Assembly: GCA_950097015.1 (NCBI GenBank) | Contig: CATNEN010000001.1 | Span: forward strand, 18,972,001-19,036,000 | DNA from: Macrostomum hystrix | Lineage: Eukaryota > Animalia > Platyhelminthes | Reading direction: 5' to 3' | Length of the DNA stretch: 64,000 bases | Shown here: positions 62,001 to 64,000 of the stretch, piece by piece | Numbering within the stretch: the first letter of the stretch is position 1 | Layout of the letters: every line of letters starts with the position of its first letter | Made by a program: the position numbers and the translations under genes | The notes under the pieces: model-generated | Told to the model about the DNA's origin: nothing | The model's database searches: none | The model's input: the letters and a program-made list of their open reading frames with translations, nothing else

Positions 62001-64000
62001 ACTGGCCCACACAATCTACTGTCCCACACCCATCTACTGTCATCACCCGTATACTGTCCCACACCCATCTACTTTCCCACACCCATTTACTGTTCCACAC
62101 CCATCTACTGTCCCACACCCAACTACTGCCCTACACAATCTACTGTCCCAAACCCATCTACTGTCTCACACTCATCTAATGTCCCACACAATTTACTGTC
62201 CCACACCCATCTATAGTCCCACACCCATTTACTGTTCCACACCCATCTACTGTCCCACACCCATTTACTGCCCCACACAATTTACTGCCCCACACCAATC
62301 TACTGGCCCACACAATCTACTGTCCCACACCCATTTACTGTCCCACACCCATTTACTGTCCCACACCTATCTACTGTCTCACACCCATCTACTGTCTATC
62401 ACCCGTATACTGTCCCACACCCATCTACTTTCCCACTCCCATCTACTGTCCCACACCCATCTACTGTCCCACACCCATTTACTGTCCCACACCTATCTAC
62501 TGTTCCACACCCATCTACTGTTCCACACCCATTTACTGCCCCACACCAATCTACTTTTCCACACCCATCTACTGTCTATCACCCGTATACTGTCCCACAC
62601 CCATCTACTTTCCCACACCCATTTACTGTCCCACACCTATCTACTGTCCCACACCCATCTACTGTCTATCATCCGTATACTGTCCCACACCCATCTACTG
62701 TCCCACACCCATTTACTGTCCCACACCCATTTACTGTCCCACACCCATCTACTGTCTATCACCCGTATACTGTCCCACACCCATCTACTTTCCCACTCCC
62801 ATCTACTGTCCCACACCCATCTACTGTCCCACACCTATCTACTGTTCCACACCCATCTACTGTCCCACACCCATTTACTGGCCCACACAATTTACTGCCC
62901 CACACCAATCTACTGGCCCACACAATCTACTTTTCCACACCCATCTACTGTCTATCACCCGTATACTGTCCCACACCCATCTACTTTCCCACACCCATCT
63001 ACTGTCCCACACCCATTTACTGTCCCACACCTATCTACTGTCCCACACCCATCTACTGTCTATCACCCGTATACTGTCCCACACCCATCTACTTTCCCAC
63101 ACCCATCTACTGTCTCACACAATCTACTGCCCCACACCCATCTACTGTCCCACACCCATTTACTGTCCCACACCCATTTACTGCCCCACACAATTTACGG
63201 CCCCACACCAATCTACTGGCCCACACAATCTACTGTCCCACACCCATTTACTGTCCCACACCCATTTACTGTCCCACACCTATCTACTGTCCCACACCCA
63301 TCTACTGTCTATCACCCGTATACTGTCCCACACCCATCTACTTTCCCACACCCATCTACTGTCTCACACAATCTACTGCCCCACACCCATCTACTGTCCC
63401 ACACCCATTTACTGTCCCACACCCATTTACTGCCCCACACAATTTACTGCCCCACACCAATCTACTGGCCCACACAATCTACTGTCCCACACCCATTTAC
63501 TGTCCCACACCCATTTACTGTCCCACACCTATCTACTGTCCCACACCCATCTACTGTCTATCACCCGTATACTGTCCCACACCCATCTACTTTCCCACAC
63601 CCATCTACTGTCTCACACAATCTACTGCCCCACACCCATCTACTGTCCCACACCCATTTACTGTCCCACACCCATTTACTGCCCCACACAATTTACTGCC
63701 CCACACCAATCTACTGGCCCACACAATCTACTGTCCCACACCCATTTACTGTCCCACACCCATTTACTGTCCCACACCTATCTACTGTCTCACACCCATC
63801 TACTGTCTATCACCCGTATACTGTCCCACACCCATCTACTTTCCCACACCCATCTACTGTCCCACATCCATTTACTGCCCCACACAATTTACTGCCCCAC
63901 ACCAATCTACTGGCCCACACAATCTACTGTCCCACACCCATCTACTGTCATCACCCGTATACTGTCCCACACCTATCTACTTTCCCACACCCATCTACTG
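56030..64000 (+). repeat. Large 18-bp satellite (tctactgtcccacaccca)n with higher-order organisation; runs off the window
   Basis: About 8 kb of variant 16-19-bp units; rare variants recur in blocks. Confidence 0.97.

Noticed and set aside
55998-62179. 500-670-aa His/Thr/Pro-rich ORFs
   Set aside because: Satellite translations that shift among all three frames.

Overview
Eukaryotic (animal) genomic DNA with GT-AG introns, GC-rich exons and very dense intronic and intergenic minisatellites. This style resembles a lophotrochozoan or flatworm such as Macrostomum, but that is inference only. Hand-built spliced gene models, all closing in frame: the 3' end of an unidentified gene (PPxY and PDZ-binding tail); MTMR14; a cation-type non-alpha nicotinic acetylcholine receptor subunit (minus strand); a full-length CLCA-family protein; two copies of a head-to-head pair of an MS4A/CD20-like gene and an NHL-propeller gene; and a calmodulin-like gene. 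The 32-48 kb interval is a nest of rolling-circle elements: two tandem Helentron-like units, a Helitron carrying a Pif1 fragment and a nested hAT MITE, SINEs and a 3 kb palindrome. RTE-type LINE fragments and a tRNA-SINE family are dispersed through the window, and the last 8 kb is an 18-bp satellite. Most notable: (1) the nAChR gene encodes two mutually exclusive N-terminal modules, each with its own signal peptide, plus a candidate loop-C cassette exon; (2) in the duplicated MS4A/NHL block the promoter and NHL gene are almost identical while the MS4A coding sequence has diverged mostly by amino-acid-changing substitutions, with the boundary at the ATG; (3) the CLCA has lost its HExxH zinc motif but carries an RKRR furin-type site on a 66-nt exon. 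All identifications come from remembered family motifs and manual reading; no database search was run.
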